Below, one piece after another: positions 1-23,174 of a DNA stretch of 64,000 nt. The notes beneath the pieces are model-generated. The model worked only from the letters and a program-made list of their open reading frames with translations, did not search any database and was not told the origin of the DNA. The stretch is from Botryllus schlosseri (Eukaryota), in the NCBI GenBank assembly GCA_051294905.1, contig CM119378.1, forward strand, positions 14,260,001 to 14,324,000, given 5' to 3'. Numbering within the stretch: position 1 is the first letter of the stretch; the number at the start of each line of letters is the position of its first letter. Both the position numbers and the translations under genes were made by a program.

Positions 1-254
1 ACGTGGATTGCAAAGTATTCAATGAAATTATATAGTTTGAATCTGACCAGGCATAGGCCACCAATTCTGTCATTGGCAAACATTTGAATACTCGAATCAT
101 TGCGCCCTGTCCCAGGCCTCCGCGAATACAGGCTAATATTTGCGAATGAACGATGTAATCAAGGCATCCGCCAATATAAGCTAATATTTGTGAACGTACG
201 ATCTACGTACTGTACATTGCGAGAGTCTCGACGTATATCTGAAGTGGGCGCGCA

Positions 255-750
255 TTTGAGTTGAGTTTGCGTTTATTGTTAACAATTTATCATTTCAATA
301 CACTACAAAATTGCGATACCATGAAAAGATATAGGAGGATGTCGAAACGACATGGAGTAGTATTTGAAATCAGACACCCACCAGGGCCTATAGGCGATGT
401 AAAGATGAGGCCTGTACACTAAAGGAAGAGTTAGCCAAGATATCATAAAAGGGCAAGCGATAAAACTGAGGAGGCAATTGTAGGAAGGGGGGTCGATATG
501 GATCGTGGTCCGATAATCTCGAGCACCGACTAGTACTTATTCAGTAGAATCTGCTTGTATTTCGACGCTAATGTGGAAAATGAACAGTTTGGACATGCTC
601 ATCGACTGTCAAATATCCGTCGAAATGCTGTTCCACATTTTCGCTTCGGTATACTTGATAGAGCGGTGTTTTTTGTAGTTCTTGCCAAAGATATGACTGT
701 TGAACGACGAGGACGTGCCCGTTTTGTAACTGTGCGCTTTTGATTCCGAG
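255..750 (-). mobile_element. 5'-truncated L2/CR1-type LINE 3' end (ORF2 C-terminal relic, 3'UTR, AATAAA + short-repeat tail), copy A
   Basis: Minus strand reads SESKAHSYKTGTSSSFNSHIFGKNYKKHRSIKYTEAKMWNSISTDI*, resembling the HxYxTR...SIKYxGxxxWNxL C-terminus of L2/CR1 ORF2. The tail reads TTTGAGTTGAGTTTGCGTTTATT on + (minus-strand AATAAA plus repeat). The UTR is homologous to 751-930, 19373-19465 and 20803-21810. Confidence 0.75.
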
Positions 751-1860
751 GTATCAGTATCAGTTTATTGATAGTTTTATCATTTCACAGCACCACAAGA
801 TTGCGATAGAATGGAAAGATAGGAATGGGGAGAAACAACTTGGAGTAGTCTTGGAAATCGGATACCAACATCGGGCCTAGCCGATGTAAATAAGAGGCAT
901 GCACGTGTACACTACACTGGAAGGAATTAAATAGCGTTGCGGTGGTCAGAGTAGCTTAGGCCCATTTTTAAAATTTTGAGATCCACTTTTCAAATTTGTA
1001 TAGACAAAGTCAAATTTTTGTAAAAAATTTTAAATGTCATCGGCCATTAGTTGGTCATGTTTATGTTTGAAACACTGTTTGAAAGTTGACCAGGGCCGAA
1101 TAAAAATGAAAACTTTTCGTAAGGTTAATTTTCTCAGAATGTGCAACATGGACATCGAGACACCTTAATTCCACAGCGACGATAAAGGGTAATATATAAC
1201 TATCAGTGACGAAAATGAATGACGCATGTGTCGATTGGCGATATATTTGATCGAGGTCCTGTAATCTTGAGGATCGACTAGTAGCCTAGCCTAATAATTC
1301 AGTAGAAATTGCTTGTATTGCGATTTTGAATGTGGACAACTGGACATGCTCGACGACTGTCGGATAGCCGGCGAGATACTGTTTCACATTACAGGTCCGA
1401 CATATGAGCCTACTTGATAGAGCAATCCGTTTTCTTGTATTCCATCCTGATCATATGGTAGTTGTTCTTCGAGGACACGCGTGTGCCTTACTTGTGCGCT
1501 TTTGATTCCGAGGTGAAGTAGTCGTTGAAATATGTGGAACAGTGACCCCAATGAACTAATAAATAAACTTGGCGAATTCTAGCTTCCGCACATATTCTAT
1601 GTCGAGAACACCAAATCTTGTGAGCAACGATTTATCCGTTGCACATCCAGGTCCCATTGCGGCCTTGGCAATGATATGGAGAATCCGATGTTGTAGTTTT
1701 TGAAGTGGGTGAAGAAGTCATTTAATTTCTCAGATGGTCGCAATGGAACTGATGCATACACTTGGAAATATATAGTTTCTTCATAAGTATTGGGCTGAGG
1801 ACACCGAACCTTTGATCAGCGACTTTTTATTAAAGATTCAGTGAAATTAGACATTGGTCA
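751..1860 (-). mobile_element. 5'-truncated L2/CR1-type LINE 3' end, copy B, interrupted by a MITE
   Basis: The tail GTATCAGTATCAGTTTATT is at 751-769. Minus strand 1860-1300 translates, with stops and frameshifts, as LQKLQHRILHII...TDKSLLTRFGVLDIEYVRKLEFAKFIY*...FNDYFTSESKAH...FKSQYKQFLLNY. The left boundary is clear; the 5' truncation point is approximate. Confidence 0.75.
934..1182. mobile_element. TA-flanked MITE (diverged copy of the 56923-57179 family) inserted in LINE copy B
   Basis: The right end GAAAACTTTTCGTAAGGTTAATTTTCTCAGAATGTG...TTAATTCCACAGCGACGA matches 57110-57179. TA lies at 932-933 and 1183-1184, and LINE UTR homology resumes after 1184. Confidence 0.6.
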
Positions 1861-1969
1861 ATAGTCATCTATGATTTTGATATTCGTATTCTTTTTCAGT
1901 TTTATTATATGAGTATGCTACCCCGTCACTGCCGAGACCAAACTACCGTACTGACAGGCGTGGACGTTA

Positions 1970-4690
1970 TTGATATTGGTTGGATCGGATAGTCTAAAAC
2001 AGTATTGTATGGATGATTTTGGTTCTAAGAGACCATCTACCGGATGCTTGATGTACGAAGCGTTTCACGAATGCATGAACGGAAACAACTGCAAGTTATC
2101 GCACAACATTTCGACTTGTAACGTACGTGTAGCAGAGGCTACCGTAATTACAAAGATTGAGGATGCATCCAGGATTGTCACCTTCCAAATGAATAACGTT
2201 ACAAGCCAGTCTTACGACAAATTCTATGTTTCAAATGGACGTTGGTTCAACTCCGGCGCTGCACCGGGAGATTCCGTCGAACTACAAATTTCAGAAAAGG
2301 TGAATCGCGAGACTGACTGTTGCTTTGCGAGAATTTCGAAAATACTCAAACTAGGAACAAAAACGTCGACTGTTAGTCGCGGAAGCTTTCATCCAGATAA
2401 CGAGGATTGCTGGGACTTCCACACTTACAGTGACTGCCGGTTTAACATCCGGTGTAGAAGATCGCACAATATAAGTCGCAGCGAGCAATCTTTTCATGTG
2501 GCAAAGATTTGTTCCGTCACAGAATCGCGTTATGGGGGTTCTGAAGTGGAGGTGCTTAATACGGCGGGCGAAAACAAAACATATTTCATGCCGTATTGCG
2601 AATATCGGTACTTGAAAAAAGCCACAGAAGGAAACTTGGTTATTATGCAGGAATCATCCGCTATACACCGAAGAGCCCGTACGAACTATGGGAAAATATG
2701 TGCAATTCTTCACGAAAGTCAGGGCATTGACGAAACTTTCATCCCCCTCGAAGAGGATTTGAGATATGGCTTCACTTTCGTGGACAAATCTCGTCATCTG
2801 AGGAAAAATGTTCTTGCGTTTTCAACGGATTCTTGCGCGAATCATCAGGATTGTAAACGCATCGGGGTTCACATTACAGCGACCGCCATTGGAAATCATT
2901 GCAGAAAATTGGACAGGAACTTCGTACCATTTTATAAGAGAAATCCACGAAGTCAGCCGAGTGGATTTACGGCCGATTCCATCCAGTTAGCTGTCTCTGT
3001 GTATTCTCATACTTCTTCTGATCACATCGAGCAACCCGTCCTCACTGCATTGTTTATTGATTCAGAACGATGCCTAGATTCCGATGACCAGAATATGTGT
3101 AGAGAGTATATGGAGGATATGTGGAAACTATTCGCGAAAGATTCTTTTGTAGATGACGTTTCTTCCACTGTTGCTGGCTTATTATTAGTGAACTCTCTTG
3201 GTAGTTGGAGACTAAAAATGATAGCACGAAATTCCCTCGATTTCTTCAATCAACAGATAACACTGTATTTGCGGTCAAAGGTGAGAAAATTCGTGGCAGC
3301 AAAACAGGCCCGTCCCACATTTGGCATACCAAATGGGGAAATAATGATACCGGATGAAATAATCGACAATGTAGACCTAGCTTGGAACTCCCCTGACTCT
3401 ACAGTCGACGAAAGAGAAGATGCTCTTGCACATCTGCTTGGTTCAGCGAAGCGGACAGATAAAGAATTCTGGAGAGAATACGAAGATTGGTACACATTTG
3501 CTGCGACATCCTGCAACGACTTGACAGATAGTCATATTGTAGTAACAACATCTCCGATCGGCCAGACCTCAGATTATGTAAATCAACAGATATTATTGGC
3601 AATTATGATATCGCCATCGGTTTCTTTGTACTCAGAAAATGAAATAATAGGAGTCATTGTACGAAGATACGAAACACCAATTATTCAGAAAGCCGTGTTA
3701 AGGCAGATATGGAAAGACTACGTACATCTTCAATTAATCGGCGTTCATGGTCGTTCGCGGGGCGAAAGAGTCATGCTAGTCAGAGAACTTTTCGTTTGTG
3801 AAGCCTTGGAGAGTCCCCCATTGAGATATAGCTCTGAAGAATTTCAGGATTGTGGTAGAAAATCTTTGCGCAGCTTGTCGTTTATGATGCAAAATCACAC
3901 ATGCGAGGAATATTGTAACACGAAGCTTGCGGTTCTGCAGGGAGAGAAACTTACTGCATTAGCAGGTACTGTAAAGAAACACGGAATCGATAGCTCCAAA
4001 ACAGCCGATAGCATTCGCGAAATTGTTGCTGCTAAGACCATTGACGACACGCCTTACAAGTGGATAGAAGGCGGCGGCGGTATCAAAGTGACCCTTAGGC
4101 GTGGGACCGAACTGCAACTTCAACTGGCAATCAAATCAGAATCTGACGAAGTTGAGCGTGACACATACTTACGACTTCTGAGAATTGGAAAAGACTGTCA
4201 TGTATGCTTGGCTCATCTCAACGAACCCGGTAGAGCCTTTCTATTAAGTAGTAGAAGAGATGTTAAAGATACCCTTTCCCCAGATCTTGCTGCTAAAATT
4301 GGTAACAATATCAGACAAACACGCGCGACAACGGTCATTTTCAAGAAGAAAAGAATAATCTGGAATGATTGTTACTTTTCAGGAGGTAGATTCGTCTTTG
4401 CTGACAGTGATGTCAAGCGATCCAACCTGTTGTGCATACGAAGAGAAATATTGTCAAGCAATGAGTCGGAGATATCGTTCGTTTGGGTTTGTCACGCTGT
4501 TGTATCGAAGGTGTCGGATGGCGAAGTCACATTCTTGGTTTGCAGTCTGCATCAGGAGCAAATTCCAGGCATTATTTTCAAGGACGATACTGAGTTTATT
4601 GTCGAAGTCATCGATGTCGACTATGTAAACGCAGACCAATGCAGTACCGAACATCAAAGTAGTGAGAATGAGATGTGTTCAAATTCATGA
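1970..4690 (+). CDS. HELZ2-related protein lacking helicase domains: 2x CCCH zinc finger, OB-like segments, degenerate RNB domain, HELZ2 pre-helicase linker
   Basis: 906-codon open frame; first in-frame ATG at 2009, in-frame TGA at 1952 followed by a possible CAG acceptor at 1955-1957. C-x8-C-x5-C-x3-H motifs at 2045-2104 and 2408-2467. Colinear matches to HELZ2 as recalled: RIGVHIT~EVAVHIT, QLAVSVY~RLAISLF, FFNQQITLYL~QFNRLVAEFL, TTSPIGQTSDYVNQQILLAI~ATSPIRRYLDVVLQRQILLAL, CLAHLNEPGRAF~CLEHVERPGDCF, LLCIRRE~YLCIRLE, FVWVCHA~YTWVAHG, FIVEVI~FTVELL. Confidence 0.8.
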   Translation: MILVGSDSLKQYCMDDFGSKRPSTGCLMYEAFHECMNGNNCKLSHNISTCNVRVAEATVITKIEDASRIVTFQMNNVTSQSYDKFYVSNGRWFNSGAAPGDSVELQISEKVNRETDCCFARISKILKLGTKTSTVSRGSFHPDNEDCWDFHTYSDCRFNIRCRRSHNISRSEQSFHVAKICSVTESRYGGSEVEVLNTAGENKTYFMPYCEYRYLKKATEGNLVIMQESSAIHRRARTNYGKICAILHESQGIDETFIPLEEDLRYGFTFVDKSRHLRKNVLAFSTDSCANHQDCKRIGVHITATAIGNHCRKLDRNFVPFYKRNPRSQPSGFTADSIQLAVSVYSHTSSDHIEQPVLTALFIDSERCLDSDDQNMCREYMEDMWKLFAKDSFVDDVSSTVAGLLLVNSLGSWRLKMIARNSLDFFNQQITLYLRSKVRKFVAAKQARPTFGIPNGEIMIPDEIIDNVDLAWNSPDSTVDEREDALAHLLGSAKRTDKEFWREYEDWYTFAATSCNDLTDSHIVVTTSPIGQTSDYVNQQILLAIMISPSVSLYSENEIIGVIVRRYETPIIQKAVLRQIWKDYVHLQLIGVHGRSRGERVMLVRELFVCEALESPPLRYSSEEFQDCGRKSLRSLSFMMQNHTCEEYCNTKLAVLQGEKLTALAGTVKKHGIDSSKTADSIREIVAAKTIDDTPYKWIEGGGGIKVTLRRGTELQLQLAIKSESDEVERDTYLRLLRIGKDCHVCLAHLNEPGRAFLLSSRRDVKDTLSPDLAAKIGNNIRQTRATTVIFKKKRIIWNDCYFSGGRFVFADSDVKRSNLLCIRREILSSNESEISFVWVCHAVVSKVSDGEVTFLVCSLHQEQIPGIIFKDDTEFIVEVIDVDYVNADQCSTEHQSSENEMCSNS

Positions 4691-5061
4691 TTTATTGAAC
4701 GAAACTGAAAATTCGGTAGGTCGTCATTGATGGATAGGAGAATAGCGTTACGCGCTTTCAGATTAGAATTTGGAGCATGTAAAAGATTCCATTATCATGC
4801 GAACTTGATTTCACCAACACAAATTGCCAACGTTTAATTAGCATTGTTATGTGATAGTTGGGCAACTGCGCATGTGTGCTGTCCACCAGGTGCCGATTTG
4901 TGTTCATTGGTCCAAGTATGTCATTTTTCGAACCTAATGTGTAATGCGAATAGCGAAGTTGCGACGGCCAACATGCAGTGCGGAGAAAACTTCTTCGCTT
5001 GTTGATGTAGCTGTTATATATTCTTCTATCCGCACATTCAATATATTTGATGCGTATATTG

Positions 5062-5428
5062 TAGGCTTACCATGTTTTGGAAATCTAAAAAGAGGACACT
5101 TTTTCAGAAATTTGCAACTTGCAAAACCGGAGTAGAATTCTCAAAAACCGGTGAATTTTTCCCACTTTGTGATCGGTCGACTAAAAAAAAGGTCATCTTT
5201 ACGCTCAGAGCTAAAATCACCGTTTTTCACTCCGAAATACCCGCCGGAGCTTCACTTCTGTGCTAATTTGCGGCATATCACTCGCACTTTGCTCTAAATC
5301 TGACCTGAATTTTCAAAAAAGAGGACAAAATCTCAAAAAAGAGGACAAAAGGGCGTCCTCCGAGGACACTTTCAAAAAAGTCAAAAAAGAGGACAAATCC
5401 TCTTAAAAGAGGACGTATGGTAAGCCTA
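5062..5428. mobile_element. MITE, TAGG(C/G)TTACCAT-TIR family with repeated AAAAGAGGACA subterminal motifs
   Basis: TIR TAGGCTTACCAT / ATGGTAAGCCTA. Homologous along its length to 22585-22968. No adjacent 8-bp TSD (see findings). Confidence 0.8.
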
Positions 5429-5469
5429 CATTCAATATATTTTTAAATCGTTATCAGCAATTCTAATTA

Positions 5470-5953
5470 TAAGTCACTAAGGCTCCGAGTCACAAGTCAA
5501 TCTCACTTGTAAAGTTTTGACTCGAGTCAAGTCGAGTCATTTTCAATTCAGCACCGAGTAAAGTCCGAGTCCTAAGTCAACAGGAAGAGGGTCGAGTTCG
5601 AGTCATGCTATTATGACTCGAGTTCAGGTCATTGTGTTGTGTTGATTTTCTGATGACTCGAGTCATTTTCTCAAAATGCGGAAATTACTCGACTCGACTC
5701 GCCGAGTCAATCTGTGTATTGACTCGACTTGGACTCGAGTGATGGCGCATGACTCTAACGAAGTCATATGACTCGAGACTCAGACGGCCAAGACAAACAT
5801 TTCATAGTAATTTCGGAGGATAGTAAAATATAACCACACTATTGGAATTTCGTTCATCATTGGTACTGGTACTTGAAAATGCAGGGTTGTAATGACTTAG
5901 TTCGAGTCATCCTGCGATCAGAAAATCATGACTCGAGTGATTATACAGCCCTG
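5470..5953. mobile_element. Composite of GACTCGAGTC-rich MITE fragments (CAGGGTTGTAA family), including a 72-bp mini-element at 5882-5953
   Basis: 5476-5640 is the reverse complement of ~53880-54030 and 5710-5880 matches ~53560-53720. 5882-5953 has ends CAGGGTTGTAA / TATACAGCCCTG. Confidence 0.65.
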
Positions 5954-6779
5954 CACATTATCCGCAGAGATGTTTTCTGACACGATATCACAGAGATGAT
6001 ACCGATTGAATATTATGCCATTAGTGTGAAACAATTTGGCCCGCGGTGTAAGATCCCTGCCCAAATCCGAAAATCCTAATATATTGGAACTGCCATATGC
6101 AGATCCATCATCGACGTAGATCGTGTATGCGGTAGTTCGAAGCAGGTTTTTGCCGATGACAATTTACTTACATAACAGCAGTAATCGAGTTATCATTTTT
6201 AAAATTGTTTAACTTCCTATCTTTCATCGTATCGCAGTCTTGCGGTGTATTGAAATTAAATTTTTAGCAATAAATTGAACTGTAGAGCAACCATAACTAT
6301 TTCATGGGCTTATGCGTATCTCATAGCGAATCATCAGTACCGAATACCAATCACTTTTCCACCCAACCCAACTACTACACTGCTGCAGGCATGAAATCCT
6401 GAAGAATTTTGCTGACGGCATGGCCGATGAACAAACAGAACACAGATATGCCTGCAGAATCTGAAATCCGTGAACACGCCAGAGGAGCAAGTGGCACTAA
6501 CACACGCATCCAACGGTAAACAACCTCGAAAGGAGCCGTTATAATAAATTATACCCGTTGTAAATCTATCTTGGGCGAACGTTTCTCGAACTGCGAAACA
6601 TATTTTGACGTCAGAGATGACGGTGACGGCCTACCAGACATTGCGCCGGACCCCACAACGGACACATACCCTAGCTCTGCACGAGCAGCTTCACCAAAAC
6701 ACAAAAACACAGACAACAGATTGCACAAAAAGGAATCAAGTTTCATTGCAACGGAAAAGATCACACCCGCAAAATAACG

Positions 6780-20142
<13,363 letters not shown>

Positions 20143-20178
20143 CTGATCATCGAAAGAAAAATACACAGGGTATTAGTA
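20143..20178 (-). promoter_or_regulatory. Splice acceptor (branch point + pyrimidine tract + CAG) immediately 5' of the POLR3B start codon
   Basis: Minus strand reads TACTAAT-ACCCTGTGTATTTTTCTTTCGATGAT-CAG|ATG GAT AGA. Confidence 0.65.
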
Positions 20179-20802
20179 AATAGAAGCATCAGTTCAGTTC
20201 TGGTGTTGACATAATATAAGGATGAGACAGCTGCTACTGTAAGGTCGCATCTACGGCGTCAATCACTCCACGAATTCTCAATACTACGGCCCCAAATCGA
20301 TGCATGTGAGATCGTGAGTAAAATCGTTTTCACTTCACATACACGTTCAGTCAGAAATCAAAATAAATGTGACTGGTTACGCTTGGTTGCGCATGCAACC
20401 CGGATAAATCTTTGTAGTTCGGAAAGCGCAATGGCGATGCCGCTATTGTCTATTCACGGATGTTACAATTTTCAAACACACAAAATCCCTTGCGCAGAAT
20501 ATTTCATGGAACATGAATCACGTTATCAATGTACTTATTTTCGAATATGTTTTGTTGTATTTTTGGGGCTTATTCGCTCTTTTATAGCGGACAAAGGTGG
20601 GAGCTTCATTGACTAACTTCATCGAGTCACATCGACTCTTTCCTTTCTTTTCATCGCATTGCGATTATTGTGATTCAGTTCAGTCTCTGTCCTTCCAAAT
20701 TGAACAACTTATTCACTACAATGTCACCGCGCATAAGGCACACATCCTTGTCATCGAAATACCAAATTAGTGCGAATAAAAGAAAATTCAACTCCGATCA
20801 AG

Positions 20803-21810
20803 GTCAGTATCAGTTTATTAGTATTTTCATCATTTCAAAACACCACACTGCGATACAATGAAAAGATAGGAAGTTGTCGAAACGACTTCGAGTGGTCTTT
20901 GAGATCAGACACCCACCTTGGCCTAGCCCAGGGCCGGCCAACCCGCGGCCCGCGGGCCACATGTGGCCCGCGAGAAGGTTTTGAGTGGCCCGCGAGGTAA
21001 TTTCCGAAATTAGTAATATAATACAAAATGGATTGCACAGATTGTGAACTTGAAAGGCCAATCAAAAATTTGATTAGTCTTGCCGCAACACTTGAGATGT
21101 GATGACCAAAATATCAGTTCCGACGCATTGGCAACTCCATGAGCCAGTCACATTTTGGTAGATCTTCGTACACTACAATATAGCAGAATAATTGAAATAG
21201 ATTTATCAAAAGTCAAAATTTTCTTCACGTTTTGCGCAACATGTTGTCACTCGATTTCTTGCTTTAAATATTGTTTTACCCCTTTGTGAAAATGAAAGAA
21301 CGCCTAATGCATCAGATTTAGTCTGTTATATTCGCGATTACGAGACAAAGTGTCGTTCAACATATGCGACCTTGCGTTGGCGCTAGCAGAAAGACCGTCG
21401 ACGATGAAACCTAGGCACAAAATGATTGATGCATGTTGGTCGAAGCTTTCGATATCGATATGTCCAGGCGACGAATAGTCCAGTCCTTGCAAACTGCGCC
21501 CAGCGATATACAGCAGGCCCGCAATATAGTCAAATGCCAATATTATTGACCTATGAAGTTCGAAAAATTTTCGCGCTTCGCGCGGCTATTGGCCCGCGTA
21601 ATGATTCGTCAATCGAATGTGGCCCTTTGGCCAAAAAGGTTGGCCAGCCCTGGCCTAGGCGAAGTAGAGAAGAGGCATGCACAATTGCACATTCACACAC
21701 TGAATGAAAAGTAAAGCAGAGAATATAAAGGGCAAGCGACAAAATGAGGTGGCATGTGGCGGAAGGCGAGATCGATGTTAGGTCGTGGTCCGATAATCCT
21801 GAACGTCGCC
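20803..21810 (-). mobile_element. LINE 3'UTR fragment split by a Charlie-like MITE
   Basis: 20803-20928 and 21653-21810 are colinear with the UTR of copies A and B (GACACCCACC..GCCTAGCC | GAAG..AAGAGGCATGCAC..AAAGGGCAAGCGA..GATCGTGGTCCGATAATC). Confidence 0.75.
20929..21652. mobile_element. hAT (Charlie-like) non-autonomous element with GGCCCGC subterminal repeats
   Basis: TIR CAGGGCCGGCCAACC / GGTTGGCCAGCCCTG (14/15). TSD GCCTAGCC / GCCTAGGC (7/8). An empty site is seen in the paralogous LINE copy at ~873-900. Confidence 0.88.
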
Positions 21811-22052
21811 GAGTTCCAATCGTGGAACAAGACATACCAAACGCTATATTAGGGCATGTTTCAATTAACTGGGACGTAGTTTTGCTGAATTATGGTCAGA
21901 AAGTCCTCGAACCGGTCAAGTCCACCTTGATATTCAATTTTAGTCATTTTTAGTGAATCCATTCTAGCCTGCGTTGGAGATAGCTGGAATATGACTTGGC
22001 ATAACGAACTTGTGTGCATTTACATGACTCTTCAATCTTCATTGCATATACG

Positions 22053-22584
22053 CAGAACCGTATCTGACGCACCCTACCCCCCCCCCCCCCCCAATTGCGG
22101 AGGGGTCGAGCTCGAACGGGCTCAAAATTATTTCTTGAATGAACATAAATGATACAGTATTTTTATGAAAATTTATGCAACAATATTCAAGATTTTTACG
22201 CGCTTGGCGCGACTTAATGTTGCCAGATATATTGATTAATGGGTACCTTTCCCAAAGAAAAAGTACGCATGACTTATAGAAATCGGCAATTCGGCGTCGG
22301 CCATAACCGCGCCATGACGCACCAAGGCACATGAAGTTTTAAAGTCATATGTAACATACGACTCCGAGAAGTGGGCCAGAACGATCGGCAGCGAGAAAAC
22401 CTTATTGGTCGAAAAGTACTGCCCTTGTGGCTGGTGTTGACCGAAAACTTCGATGTATATACAATACATACATGTTTAATTGTCCATAGGATCTTAAATG
22501 ACTAACGTCGAATGTTCCTGTCCTGGCAATCTGAAACCCACAAGACAAACGACATCCCACAGAGAAAAATTATTTACCAGTGAA
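22053..22584. mobile_element. Partial copy (one end) of the CAG..CCGTAAC hAT family, inverted relative to 24370-24864
   Basis: The reverse complement of ~24370-24864 aligns along its length (e.g. TGTTCCTGTCCTGGCAATCTGA, CGAGCTCGAA, AGAACGATCGGCAG). No second terminus was found. Confidence 0.7.
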
Positions 22585-22968
22585 TAGGGTTACCATATTT
22601 TGGGAATCTGAAAAGAGGACACTTTTCAAAATTTTCAGACTTACAATACTGGAGAAAAATCCTGTATCGTAAATTTCTCCCGACTTTGTGTTCGGTTGAC
22701 TAAAAAAAAGAAAAGGGGTCATCTTCCCGGCTCAAGTCCCGAAATTCCGACTTTCTAGGAGATTTTCCGTTGGATGACCAAAAAAAGGTCCCGAAAAACC
22801 CGTCGGACCGTTACTAGGCCTCTGATTTCTTATATCTCAGTCCAATTTCCACGTACGTTTAATCACAATTCTAAAAAAAAGAGGACAAATTCTCAAAAAA
22901 TCGAACATTTAGGCGTCCTCCGAGGACACTTTCAAAAAAATCACAAAAGAGGACATACGGTAACCGTA
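22585..22968. mobile_element. MITE, TAGG(C/G)TTACCAT family (copy 2)
   Basis: TIR TAGGGTTACCATA / TACGGTAACCGTA. TSD CCAGTGAA / CGAGTGAA (7/8). Repeated AAAAGAGGACA motifs as in 5062-5428. Confidence 0.82.
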
Positions 22969-23174
22969 CGAGTGAAAGAGCCGACGGCTCACCGCTTCCT
23001 TGTCGCCAGCGATGAGCATCAAGATTGGATTAATGTATTATAATAAATGTTGTGGTATTCAAATCGAATATGCATTATAATTCAGATACTTGCAGGTTCG
23101 TTTCGGATATTTTCGAATAGTTGAACTCGCGGTGACCAACAGCTCGATTACTAAACACGGACATTGGATAGGAC

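Noticed and set aside
555-743. 62-aa + strand ORF
   Set aside because: It is the antisense shadow of the decayed LINE ORF2 C-terminus.
5470-5953. CRISPR-like array from recurring GACTCGAGTC motifs
   Set aside because: Motifs are short and irregularly spaced, lie within a MITE, and there are no cas genes in this eukaryotic context.
4691-6779. Possible downstream helicase exons for the HELZ2-like ORF (e.g. via a TAT|GTAAAC donor at ~4625)
   Set aside because: No Walker A or SF1 motifs are seen in any frame, the interval is mostly MITEs, and it is too short.
22077-22092. C16 run / possible G-quadruplex
   Set aside because: It is a homopolymer expansion of a C6 tract present in the paralogous element end at ~24833-24838.
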